The position numbers and the translations under genes are program-made. A stretch of 60,953 nt of DNA, the filler included. It is 6 parts of 6 records of this genome, joined end to end, with 100 filler letters (N's around TTAATTAATTAA, not from the genome) between each part and the next. Parts side by side here need not be neighbours in the genome. Positions count along the whole stretch, not along the records: positions 36,645 to 57,289 come from SRR15195285_1188; 5 more parts are not named here. One strand, 5' to 3'. Shown in pieces: positions 42,601-54,600 of this stretch (position 1 is its first letter; the number at the start of each line of letters is the position of its first letter). The notes under the pieces are model-generated. The model did not search any database. It saw only the letters and a list, made by a program, of their open reading frames with translations, and was not told the DNA's origin.

Positions 42601-45600
42601 ATCCACGCCACAAGGTGTCCCTGATGAAATTTATCAACAGGTTTCATAAGGCTGCTATCTTGACAGTGTTTCAATTGTGTCAACCCAAGCTGAAATCGGT
42701 TGCGCAGTCTATCTACGACGAAGCAATGCGCGTTGCGACAGCGGAGCGAGAGAAGCGTGCAAATGCGAAATCAGGAAAAGATCCCATCGCAGCGGCGATG
42801 GCTATCATCAATCCAGAGATGGTTGGTAAACTCACTGGATTGCTCGGAGACATCCAGCCCCGCATTCAGCAACTGATAGGCAGTAGCCTCAGATCGCTGG
42901 AAAAATGGTTGAAAAATGGTGGCCAAAAGCAAATCGATGTGGCACTGAAGGAGGTTCAGGCCCGTGTGTCAACCATGATGAAAGACGCTGAAGCAGTTGC
43001 GAAGGAGAAAGCCATGGCTGTGGCGAAGAATGCTGAGCAGAGATCAAAAGATGTCGCAAAGCAAGAAGCCGCAGCCGCAAACAGTGGTTCAAAGCGTGGG
43101 AAAACGAAAGCAAGTAAGGGGGAAATTAAGCAGATGAAAGCAGATCTGGAGGAGCTGAAACGCAAAGTGGAAGAGGCGAGAGCACAACAATTGCAGCTCA
43201 ATGAACTGAAGCAGAGAATTGAGAGTGCGAAGTCCGATGCAGGAGCGTCTGAAGATGTTAAGGCGCTCAAAGCAGAAGCCAAAGACAAGGCAAAAGCGCT
43301 TGTTGACGTTGATTCGCTTCAGAAGCAGGTTTCTGACAAAGCAGCCGAGATTGTGGTGGCATCTGGCGGCCCAAACATGGCAGGGATGGCGGACAAATTG
43401 GAAATGGTCCGAGCAAAACAAGCTGAGCTCACCCAACTCAAAGCCAAGCTGGACGCTGCAAAAGGGAAAATCGCGGAATTGGAAGCTTTGCGTGGGCAGA
43501 TCGAAGACGCCAAGGCAGATCCGTTGAGCAGATCTGACGTCGGTAAAGAAAAAATACAGACCCTCGAGCAGGAGCTCAAGGCGAAGTTCGGGCGTAAGGC
43601 AGCACAAGCTGGTGGCGACGACCAAAAGGCTTCGAAGGAGCTGGCCAGTTTGGAGAAAGCAGTGACGCAAACGGCAGCTGAGATCGTGTCACTGTCCCCA
43701 CTGCCCAGTGCAAAGGAGAAAATGGAACAAGCGAAAAGAAAGAAAGCCGCAGTCGATGCCAAGAAAGCAGAGATCGAGAAGCTAAAAGTCCAGATGGAAG
43801 CAATCCAGCAGAAGAAGGAGGATGGCGACCAGGCAGCTATTGAGACGGAGCTTTGTGCCAAAGCTGAAGAGCTGCTTGAACTGATGGGCGTCCCAAAAGG
43901 CTTTCCAGGTGGTGCCATTATAGCAAAGATGGAGCAAGCCAAACAGTTGCACATCGATATAATACTGTTGAAAGGGCAGATTGATGACGCAAAGAAGGCG
44001 GTTAAGGAAGCAAAAAAGCAAGGAGTGGCTGCAGTCGCAAAAGCTGAAGAGCATGCTAAAGGTGCAGTGCCTGATATGCAAGCGCACGCTGAAGATGGCG
44101 TGGCTAGTGCTCAAGTTCATGCGCAGCAAGCGATGGGTGACGTGAGCAATGCAGCAGGTGGTGCTGCAACCGGTAATGCGGGAGCATCATCGGAGAATAT
44201 GGAGCTAGCTGCTCGGGTCAAGGGTGGTGAGCGGCCGCTGGAGCTAGCGTTCAGAATGATGGGTGGGCCAGAGGAGGACCTTGCAGCGTTGCAGGAGCAG
44301 CTTGCACTCAAAGGCGAGGAGTTTAAAGAGATGATTGCTGGCACACCGATGGATCCTAACACGCTGCCAATCAAAGTCCCAACAATGCAATTTGTCAAGA
44401 AGGGTGTGCTTAAGGCAGGCAATGATTTCAAGGCCATGCTAGAAGCACAAGGTGGGGAGGTTGGAGCGCAAATGGCGCTGATCGACCTGGACGGTGACTT
44501 GAAGATGGCTCCACTTGTTCGTGAGTTTAGCAAGTTGATGCAGGTCCAAATCATTGCCTTGGCTCGCAAGAAGATTGTGCCCGTTCTTGAGCGAAAGATC
44601 GATGGTATAGGACTACCAAACCGTGTCATTCTTGCGAAAGTCAAAGAAATCGTTTACGATCTGGCAGAGAAAATTTTGCGCAAGGCTGTGAATGACAAAG
44701 TTAAGGCTGTGTCAGCTGAGCTGCTCAACAGGCTCAAAGTTCCAGGATGTGGAGTAAAGGTGCAGAAGGCTGAGAGTGAAGAGAGCGATCAGTTTGGTTG
44801 GGTGATCAGTGAAGGTGACTACTTATCTCAGAATCCACGCTTCGGCCTGGCACCTGTGCGTGGAGTGGGTGGGAGTTTACAGGCAGAGATCAACAAGGTG
44901 ATTGACCCAGAGGTGCAGCAAAAGATGAAAGATGCGTTGGGACCAATACTTCCTATCCTGAAGGCCTACGTCTCCGTAGCAAGCACTAGCGCAAAGAACT
45001 GGTTTGAGAAAACAGGCAAGCCACAGATCGCGGACGCTAAGGCAGCAGTTGCCGAAAAGAAGAGGCCCGACAAGGACATGTTGAAGGGTCTCTTACTATC
45101 GATTGAATGTCCGGTATTTAAGTGGCACAAGAAAGGTCTAGCTTCTGCACTTGATATCGTTCTGCCCATGCTGAAGGAGCGAGGTGGCATGCTCACACAG
45201 CGCATGGAGGAATGCATTGCTGCAGCCCAGAAAAAACTTGGAAGCAAAGGAGCGATTGACGTAGCCACAATAGTGCCTGCGCACGTAGACAGCATGGCAG
45301 ATACAGATGCAGGTGCAGATGTAACGTTTGCAAACCCACTAGCAGACATCCACGACGAAGGCTCTGCTGACCTAACCCTAGCTGAACGAATTCAAGGCGG
45401 CGCGGAAGATGCGAAGGCAATGGCAGATGCTAAATTGAAACAGGTACAAGAACTTCAAGCTGAATTGGATGCGCTGATGGTTCAGATGGAGGCGGTTCGG
45501 GAGCAGGTGCAAGCAGCTAAGGAAAGTAACATCCCTGAAGACGACATTCCTAGTTTGGACGGCCTAGAAGAAAAAAAGGCTGAGCTTGAGGCCGAGATCA

Positions 45601-48600
45601 AAGAGCTTACTGACGTCGACCTCGATGCATTGGCGGCGATGGCACCGTTTCCTTTGCCGTTTGACAGACTCAAGCTCAAAGCGTCACAGCTTCGACGAAT
45701 GTTCGACCATATGATGCAAGAGGCCGTGATGGACAAGGTCTACACGGACCTGTTTCCAACACTGGACTCGAAATTGAAAGCATTAGGGCTACTCGGTCCT
45801 GTGGCGAAAAAAGTCAAAGCGTTTGTGTACGACCAGGTAGAGGACAAGCTACGGCAAGCGATCCACATGAAGGTTGTCGAGCAATATGACAATCTTTCTG
45901 GATCAATGAAACCACCAGACCTGGGTGTTGCACAAGAGAAAGGGGATGGAAAGGGCTTTCATGAAGCCGAGGAAGAAGACGAGTTTGGATGGGAGACAAA
46001 CCTTGGTGGTTGGGATAAGGAAAAGAAGCGCCGCAGAAAGGCAGGAGACGGCCCTGGAAGCCCAGCAGCTTTGGCAAATCAGATTGTGGGACCAGAAGTG
46101 ATGGCAAGGCTCCAAGAGTTGGCCACAGGCGACAGTCCACCTGGTGATGCCGTGGGAGCGACCGATACCGATGATCAGGACGCGACCGGACCTGTTAGTG
46201 TCCCGCGTTTGATACAAGTGTACATCGAGGCTGCGCATGGTGCCTTCGAGATATGGAAAGAGGAAACAAGGACTATCATCCTGGATGCTGGGAAGAACCC
46301 GAAAAAGCTTCTATCTATACTGGTTCCGTATCCAGATTTTCAAGCTGCCGGTCTTCGGGCTGCCTTGAGGCGAATGCTTCCGTTCATCCTGGCGCAAGCT
46401 GGTCCGATGGCGGAACGTGCACAGGCTTTAGGGTTGGCCAAAGCTGCTGAAGCCCAGGCGAAGGTCGAAGGAAAGGCTCAAGCTCAAGCCCAGGAACAGA
46501 TGGGTGGATTCGAAAACGCACTTGTTGATAGTGATCTTGATCTCTCTGGTCGAGTCCAAGGTGGAGCACCAAAGCCAATCGGCCTCGATGCATTCGACAT
46601 GCCTCGCCTTCGACGTGCGTTCAGCCAGCTGCTGCAGGAAATGGTAATGGACAAGGTCAAGCTTGAAGTCTTCCCCTTGTTGGACTCCTCCGTGATGGAC
46701 TTGTGCACTGAGCAGGACATTCCTGCTTTTGTTGGGAAGAAGATCAAGACGGTGGTATTTGATATTGCCGAAGAGACGGTCCGGAAGCTTATGCATGGTC
46801 AAGTATTGCAGGCGTTTGCACAGGTGGCTGGGAAAATGCAGATGCCGGGAATGGGTGAGGTGTCACCGAAAGAGAAGAAGTCTGACAAAGAAGACGACTT
46901 CGGGTTTTTGGTCAAAGAAGGTGGTTATCTAAAATACCATAAGAAAGCTGGTGCCACTGGCGGCATCATGGACTTTGTACAAGTAGTGTTGGATGACAAA
47001 ACTGTTGCTAGTCTCAGCGCGCTCGCAGACGAAGCAGCTCCATTCGTGAAGGAATACGTTGCTGGTGCGATGAAGGAACACGGCAAGTGGGTGTCACACG
47101 AAGGAAAGGTGCCTCTCAAAGAGGCTGCCGACAACCCAAAGTTGCTCAGCAAAATTGAAGTCCCAGCATCTGATTTTCACAGAGCAGGTCTATTGGCATC
47201 GATCGCGAACCTCAGATCAAAGATGGAAAAGGCCGGCGGCAAGCTGCAGGAAAAGGCTCAGATGGTGGTCACCTCTGCAGATGATCGCAGTACAGACCTT
47301 CGCCGTGAATTGGACCAAATGGCTCAGGAGTTCGTTATGAGCATTTGTGAAGAGAAGATCTTTCCTAGACTCAAAAAGTCTGTAGGTAAAATCCCCAAAA
47401 TGCCACCTGGCCCAGTGAAGAAAAAGGTCACGACTCTGGTTTTTGATATGGCTGAGGGCACCGTCCGCAAAGCTGTGCACAATCAGATTCGTGATACATT
47501 TGCAGAGTTGACAACACAAATGGTGCCTCCTGGCGCATCAGTAGCAGATGAACAAGGGGAGGAACAAGAAGAGGACGACTTCGGCTTCCTAGTTGAACAT
47601 GGGGGATATAAGGCTTTCAAAGGGGGGAGTGCAACTGCGGGCCTGAAAGCCGCTGCAATTGGGCATGCAAAGTCAATCTTAGACGCGGATATGCTGAAAA
47701 AAGTGGAAGCCCAGGCAGACAGCATCGTCCCATTCATCCAGACGTATACCAAGGTAGCGGAAAAGAAGAAGGAAAAATGGATGCAGAAGGTTGCGCAAGC
47801 TGAAATGGACAAGGCGACAAAGGAAGGGCAGCCACTGTGCAACATTCAGGTACCAGTGGCAGAATTTCAATCCGAAGCTATCATGGCAGCAATCAACAAA
47901 CTCAAGCCCAAGATGGCAAAACTGGGTGGAACAGCAGGAGACCTTGCTGCACAAATTAAAGTCGACCCAAAAGAGCTCCCTCACTCCACAGATATTCGGC
48001 GGGTACTTAGTCAGCTACTGCAACAGTACGTGATGGACATGGTTGAAGAGCAGGTTTTCCCCGAGCTGGATGCCTCGGTACAGAAATTGCCGATCCCCAG
48101 CGTTGGACCAATGAAGGCTCTCAAGGCGCAAGTTACCGTCCAGTGTTACAGTCTAACGGATGAGACCGCGAGAAAGCAGGTCCACGCAAACATTCTGGCA
48201 GCGTTTAGTACAGTCGAAGATCAGATGAAAGTGCCAGGGTGTTCCGTTGCGGAAGAGGGTGGAACAGCACAGCCAGAAGACGCGTTTGGTTTTTTGAAGT
48301 CCAAAGGTGGTTTCAAAGAGTTCAAGAAAACGGAACTGTTGCATTCGACTGGGAAGATGGCAGCTGCAATGGGCGCGGCTGCAGTAGCTGTCGCAGTCGC
48401 AGGAGCGGCGGCTGCAGACGAGATGCCGACAGTCTTCGGCAAGTGCAGACACTGCATACAAGACCTGAAGGTGTACGGTCCAGCTCACCCGTGCTTTCGT
48501 GAGTTTGGTGCTATCGATGAATGGATATGCGATGTGTGTGGAAAGGGCAAGGACAAGAAAGACCCCCTTTTCTGCTGCGAAAGGTTTGATGACTGTGACT

Positions 48601-51600
48601 GGGCCGCCTGCGTCAAGTGCCAGCTGCTGCCAGACCCAAAAGATCACGTGGACAAGATAATGGACAAGAACATGCGCAAGTCGTTGCAAGGAGCTGTCAA
48701 ATCCCTAAACTCGCTGATCAAGGTCTACGCTGATGAGGCGCAAAAGGATCGTCAGCGCTGGCTTGTGAACGCAGCTACATCTGGTCAGAAGAGAATCGAT
48801 GCAGCCCGTGAGAATGGGACCCTCGGCGAACTGCAGGTGCCAGTTGCATGTTTTCAGAAGGCAGGCCTGCTCAGTTTGGGTAGCCTTGTGAAGCCGAAGA
48901 TGACTAAACTAGGTGGCAAGGTGGCCGCACGCGCAGCGGCCGCTGCCTTGACGGATCGTCAGCACAGTACAGACCTGCGGCGAGAGGTAGACTTGATGTT
49001 GCAAGACCTCATTGTGGAGCAAACGAAGCTTGCCGTGTATCCAGAACTTGACAAAAAGATCCAGATGCTGGTGCGTGCCGGACTTGTCGCCATTCTAGCG
49101 CAGAGTTTGATAGCTCCCTACTAAGCGTGACATTGCATTGTTGTGTTGTGAAACTGTGGGATGAACCGTGCAGAGTGATCGTCACAGGTCCAAGAAGGTA
49201 CGTCTGAACGGACGGCAAACCTGTTCATTACCTCTGGATGGACTGCACTGCTAACCTTTTGTCACTGTGGTCTGGGCAGGGGCTCAAGGCGTTTGATAAG
49301 CCAACGAAGAAGTCTTTGAAAATTGCGGTATACATGCTTGCAGAAGAGACCTTACGACGGGCTTGCCACGAGAAGTTTGTAGACGCGTTCGAGTCTACAG
49401 GGCAAATGTTGCAGATCGAAGGATGCAGCCTGGAACCCGAGCCAGCAGGGGGACACGAGGAAGACGAGTACGGATTCCTGCAGTCAGCAGGAGGCTTCGA
49501 GTCATACCGCGCCAATCAGGTGGATCTTGTTCCGTTTTTCGACCAAGCGGCATTTGTGGACAAGGTATTGGACAAGAAGATTAGGCAACTTATCGACAAG
49601 ACCACGAAGTCTGTGTGCACAGCACTGGCAGACTACCAGAAAGTTGCTATTGCAAAACAGCAAGAGTGGTTGAAAACTGGAGGTCAGCAGGCGATTGATA
49701 GTGCAACAGCAGACGGATCAGTCGGAGGGGTACGCGTGCCAATTGCCAAGTTTCACATCGAAGGACTTGCCGCATTGAGCAGAGTTCTGCGTCCAAAGAT
49801 GGAAGAGATGGGTGGCAAAGCTGCCGAGCGCGCAAGTGTGACCCAAGCGCCACCTGGCGGCGGCAGCACCGATTTGCGCCGAGAGACCAGCCAGCTGCTC
49901 CAGCAGATGGCTGTGGATGAGTTTTTCTCTTCCGCGGCGGCGATGTTTGAAAAGAACCTGACAGTTCTAGATTTGTCTGACTGGCCGGAAGAATCTAGAA
50001 CGAAAGTCAGGACAGAGGCTTTGGATGTAGCTGAGGAGGCCATTCGGAAAGCCGTCCACAATCAGGTGCTAGATACTTACAAAAGTGTCTCCAAGCTTGT
50101 GAAGGTTGATGGCTGCGGCATCTTCAAGGAGATGGGCGAGACGAAGCTAGAAGACTCCTTCGGGTTCCTGACAGCTACTGGTGGCTACAGTGCGCACAAG
50201 CTAGCCAATCAGGTCGCCCCACATGGGGCAACAGAATTCAGTTCAGCTGCCTGGACTACGGAGCAAGCTTTCGGCTTTTGCAGAATCTGTAGTCAGCAGC
50301 TCCACCTCTATGGCACGAGCCATGCTTGCTTTCCCGAGTTCGGCAAAATTGATGAGTGGGAATGCGACGTCTGCGGTCTGACTTATGGTGAAGCGGATGA
50401 CCTATTCTGTTGCCCGACGTTCGATCAGTGTGACTGGGGTGCATGCCAAAAATGCCAGGAGTTGCCAGACCCACGGCCGTATGTAGAGAAGGTCATAAAC
50501 GCTAAGGTCATGCAAAAGCTGGAAAAGGTGACGGTCGCTACTTCGTCAGTGATGGGTAATTTTGCGCAAGTCGCACAACAGAAACGAAAGGAGTGGCTGG
50601 ACGCCGAAGGCCAAGCACTGATTGAAAAGGCAACACAAGACGGTGATCTAGGCAGTGTGCACGTGCCGGTGTTTTCGTTTCAACTTGAGGGCATGCACAC
50701 TGTCAAGGACGCCATTGTCCCAAAGATGCTTAAATTGGGTGGTAAAGCTGCGGCGCGTGCGGAAATCTCACTCATCGATAGAGACACAGGTGCGCGAAGT
50801 ACTGACCTGCGCCGGGAGCTCATCCACTTGCTTCAGCAGCTGGCCGTGGATGCAGCACTTGTGACTGCATTTCCAGATGTCGATAAGAACATTACCTCCC
50901 TAGAGTTCCCTAGAAATACCCCAAAAGGTACCAAACGCCTGGTTCGCAGAGCTGTGTACGAAAAGGCGCAGGATATCGTTAGAACATCTGTATATAGCCA
51001 GGTGATGTCGTCCTACAACAATACAACAAAAGCATTGGAGGTGAAAGGTTGTAGTTCTGTGCCCGAGGATGGCGAGATGCAGCCAGAGGATGATGTTGGC
51101 TTCCTTGAAGCAACCGATGGGTATGCAGGTTACAAGGCAAGATTTAAAGCCCAAGAGTTGCTTCGCGCGGAGTACCAAGATTTGGGTAAGAACCATTTGA
51201 TTAACAAACTCAAATCGGCGGGCGACGGCATGGAATCGTTGAGTACTGAAGGTAGCAAAGCGCAGCTTATTGAGCGTTTGATGGCAGCCGCAGTAGAATA
51301 TGCGTGGGAACCGCATCTGGACGCAGCTGAGGAAGCTCAAATCGCTCGAGAAAAGGCCGCCAAACAGGCTGCACGTTCCCGACTGAGAATGCTGGAGCCT
51401 GAGCTAGCAGATCTGGACGCTTCAAAGCTCCGTAAGCAGCTTAAGAAACGGAAGCTCGACACTACAGGTAAGAAAGTGGACCTCTTAGAGCGGCTTTCCA
51501 AAGCGCTAGAACACGAGAGGACCGCAGGAACGAGTCCAGATGAAGCGAACCAAGCGACAGCTGCAGGAGCGCGGGACCCGGGGCTTGAGGCCGAGACTGA

Positions 51601-54600
51601 ATTGGTAGGGAAGAAAAAGAAAAAGAAGAAGAAGACCTCGGACGCCTCGCATACCTCTGAGTCTGTTGCCGAATCTGAGATGGTATCATCACGCGATGCT
51701 ACGTCGACAACGAAGACGAAGACGAAAAAGAAGAAGAAGAAGCAGAAGAACATGGACGCGGAGACACTTGATCTGCCTGATCGCGTGAAAGGAGGCACGA
51801 GTGACTATGATTTTGTGGAAGAACTGCAGGCGCTGATGGAGACTGTCGCTGCCGAGACTGCAGTGGATCGTGCCGTGTGGCAGTACCTTTCGAATGACAA
51901 GCCTGACGAGGTCGACCTGACAAAGCTGAGAGCAGAACTGCAGATTAAGTTCTTGGGTGCACGTTCTACCGATCTGATTCACTCAGCCTCCTCGCTGCTT
52001 AGTTTGGATGAATCAGCCTCAACCGAAAGAATTCCTTCAGTTGATGATATCATGTCCGAACAGGAGCAAGGCATCAGAGCTCGAGTTGAGTCAACGGCTT
52101 GGGTCATCGAGGCCTTTGAAATGGATTTAAGCCAGCCGATTTTGGAAGATGCTCTCGCGGCAAGCCTTGCGCATCCAGACTTTGAGTGCCTATGGGCGAC
52201 CGATCTTAGTGCCGGGCCGGGATGCCTGCCTCCACATGCCTTGGATCTGTCAGGTCATGTGCAAGGTGGCATTGCGTTCGATCACCTAGGCGACATGGTC
52301 CTGTCTTCAAGTTCGGATGTTCGTGGCAAGTCGATATGTGATCGATTCGTTTTCAAGGTAACTGCATCGATAGCGCGCACCCTCGATCACCACGGCCTTG
52401 CGTGGTACACATCCCCTGACATGGCTCGCTCCGAATGGTCTGCATCGAATCTATTCGCCAAGCATTTGGGGTTGGAGTCACGTGTCAGAGGTGGAGATGC
52501 TGAGGGTGATCACCATGATGACGAGCAACACCATAGTGATGATGAACATCACACCGATCACGAGCACCAGAGCGATGATGAAGAGCAGCACGCGCCCGAG
52601 GAAGTTGAGCTGACCGAAGATGAGAAAGCGATTATGGCCGGTGAGATTGAGAATGTCGACGACGAGCTACTGCACGAGCAAGAGAACAACGCCCATACCG
52701 TGAAAAAGTACCAAGGGCTCGGGACGATGCTTCTCGAGAAAGCCCATAAGAAAATTGATCCCCGGGGCTGGACTGTCGACCAAGCCAAAGACTTTCTATC
52801 AGAAGTCATTCAAGACATTGTGTTTTGCCGAGCTTCCCTTGCGCTTGACCCCGAGATCACAGCGAAAATTGATCAGATAGAATACATACCGGACGGTGCA
52901 GACGTTCCTGTCGTTCTGCCGACTATCATGAAAGCAATACTGCAAAAAGCTGTAGATGAAATGATTGAAGGGACGGTGAGGGAACAAGTTGATAAGTTAG
53001 TTCGTAAGTGTTTCAAGGTGGCTACCAGGGTCTTCAAGAAGACCGTGCCAGGCATTGAAATCCCTACGGTTGAAGAAGAAGGAGAGGACGAAGAGGGAGT
53101 CGAGGCAGGCGATGACGATGCCGAAGATGCCAGACTAGACAAACTAGGGGATGGGCACCGCGTCATGCTCGAAGAGGGACTCGACGAGTATGTCACGGAG
53201 GACATCATTCCAACTCATCAAACTGCCGGTGCCGCGCTTGTGGCTGGTGTCGGAGTCGCGTCGATACTGGGCATCCCTGAGAAGGACTCCACTGGGAATC
53301 GTCCGTGGATATTGACCATTCTCGATGAAAAAACTCTTGAGGCCGCATTGTACAACTTGACGTGGCTAGATCCAGTGATGAAGGAATACTCAAAGCAGGC
53401 ACACAAGGCTCAAGCAGATTGGTATTCAAACCAGTTTCCGAGGCTAAAACGTAAAATGAAACAGAAAGACAGTGCAAAGCAACGTCAATATCGTGGTCAG
53501 GAAAACGTCCAAATTCCTGTGCACATGTTCCATTATGCTGGCCTTGACAGTGCGGTGAAGCTTATGCTGAAGAAAATGAAGAAGGGTGGCAAAGCATTGA
53601 AGGTTCTTGGCGAACAGCTTGCCTTGAAACTTCCCGCCAATGGCGGGACTTTGACAATGGAAGAAGACAGCGAAGGGCGAGCAGCGATGGCCCCACTGGA
53701 GTATAGGGCCGTAGTGATGGAGATGATGCAACACTATGTTCAGCAGCACACAGTAAATGTCTTATTTCCGGGGATGATAGACGCTCAAGTCGACAAGGTG
53801 GCAGAGATGATAGCCAAAGATAACAAAAGCAAAAAAGGTACGAAGAAGCATTTAGACAAGCAAGGCCTCATACTGCAAAAGGAAAAGCTACGAAAACAGG
53901 CATATGACTCAGTGATGTCGCTCATCAAGAGCCAGGTAGCACTGACCGTGCATGACACGTGGGACAATATCACGCGCAAGTTAGTGATTCCGGGAACTGA
54001 AGCATCAGTGCCAGTTGATGACAGTCACTGGACGTGCGTGCCTACCCTCGGTGGCTGCAAGAAGTGTGGATCTAAGCTCAGCCTGTTCGACACGAACCAC
54101 GTAGCCTGTAAGTCAGAGCAAGATGTTGAAGACGGCGACGTTCCGCCTCTTATAGATGCAGACAGAGAAAAGGGTGATGCACGCAAGACACTGAAGCAAG
54201 TACTCGGTGTGGATTCGGAAACGAGGCGCCTGTGTGACGTGTGCGGCAACAAGATCAAATTTAGAAATGGAACTTTTGACATGCTGTTCGTCTGCGACAA
54301 CTTCGCTGTGTGCGATTGGGGCGCGTGTGGGCGTTGCCAGGCAAGGATTGTTGCCACTTCGGATAAACCTCCCGTCCAAACCTCGAAGCGCTCAAAAAAC
54401 TGGAACGGTAGGAAGGACAAGAAGGAAAAGCAGCAGAAGGACAAGCAAGGAGACGGTCAGAGCACAGAGGGTGATTTCGAATACATCGCAAATCCGTTGG
54501 GGCCGAATGACGACGAAGAGACCCTGGATCCACTTGCAGAGCTGATGGAATCACCAGAGGCAAAGAGAGAAGTTCAATCTTCAGCTGCAGGCGCGCTGAT

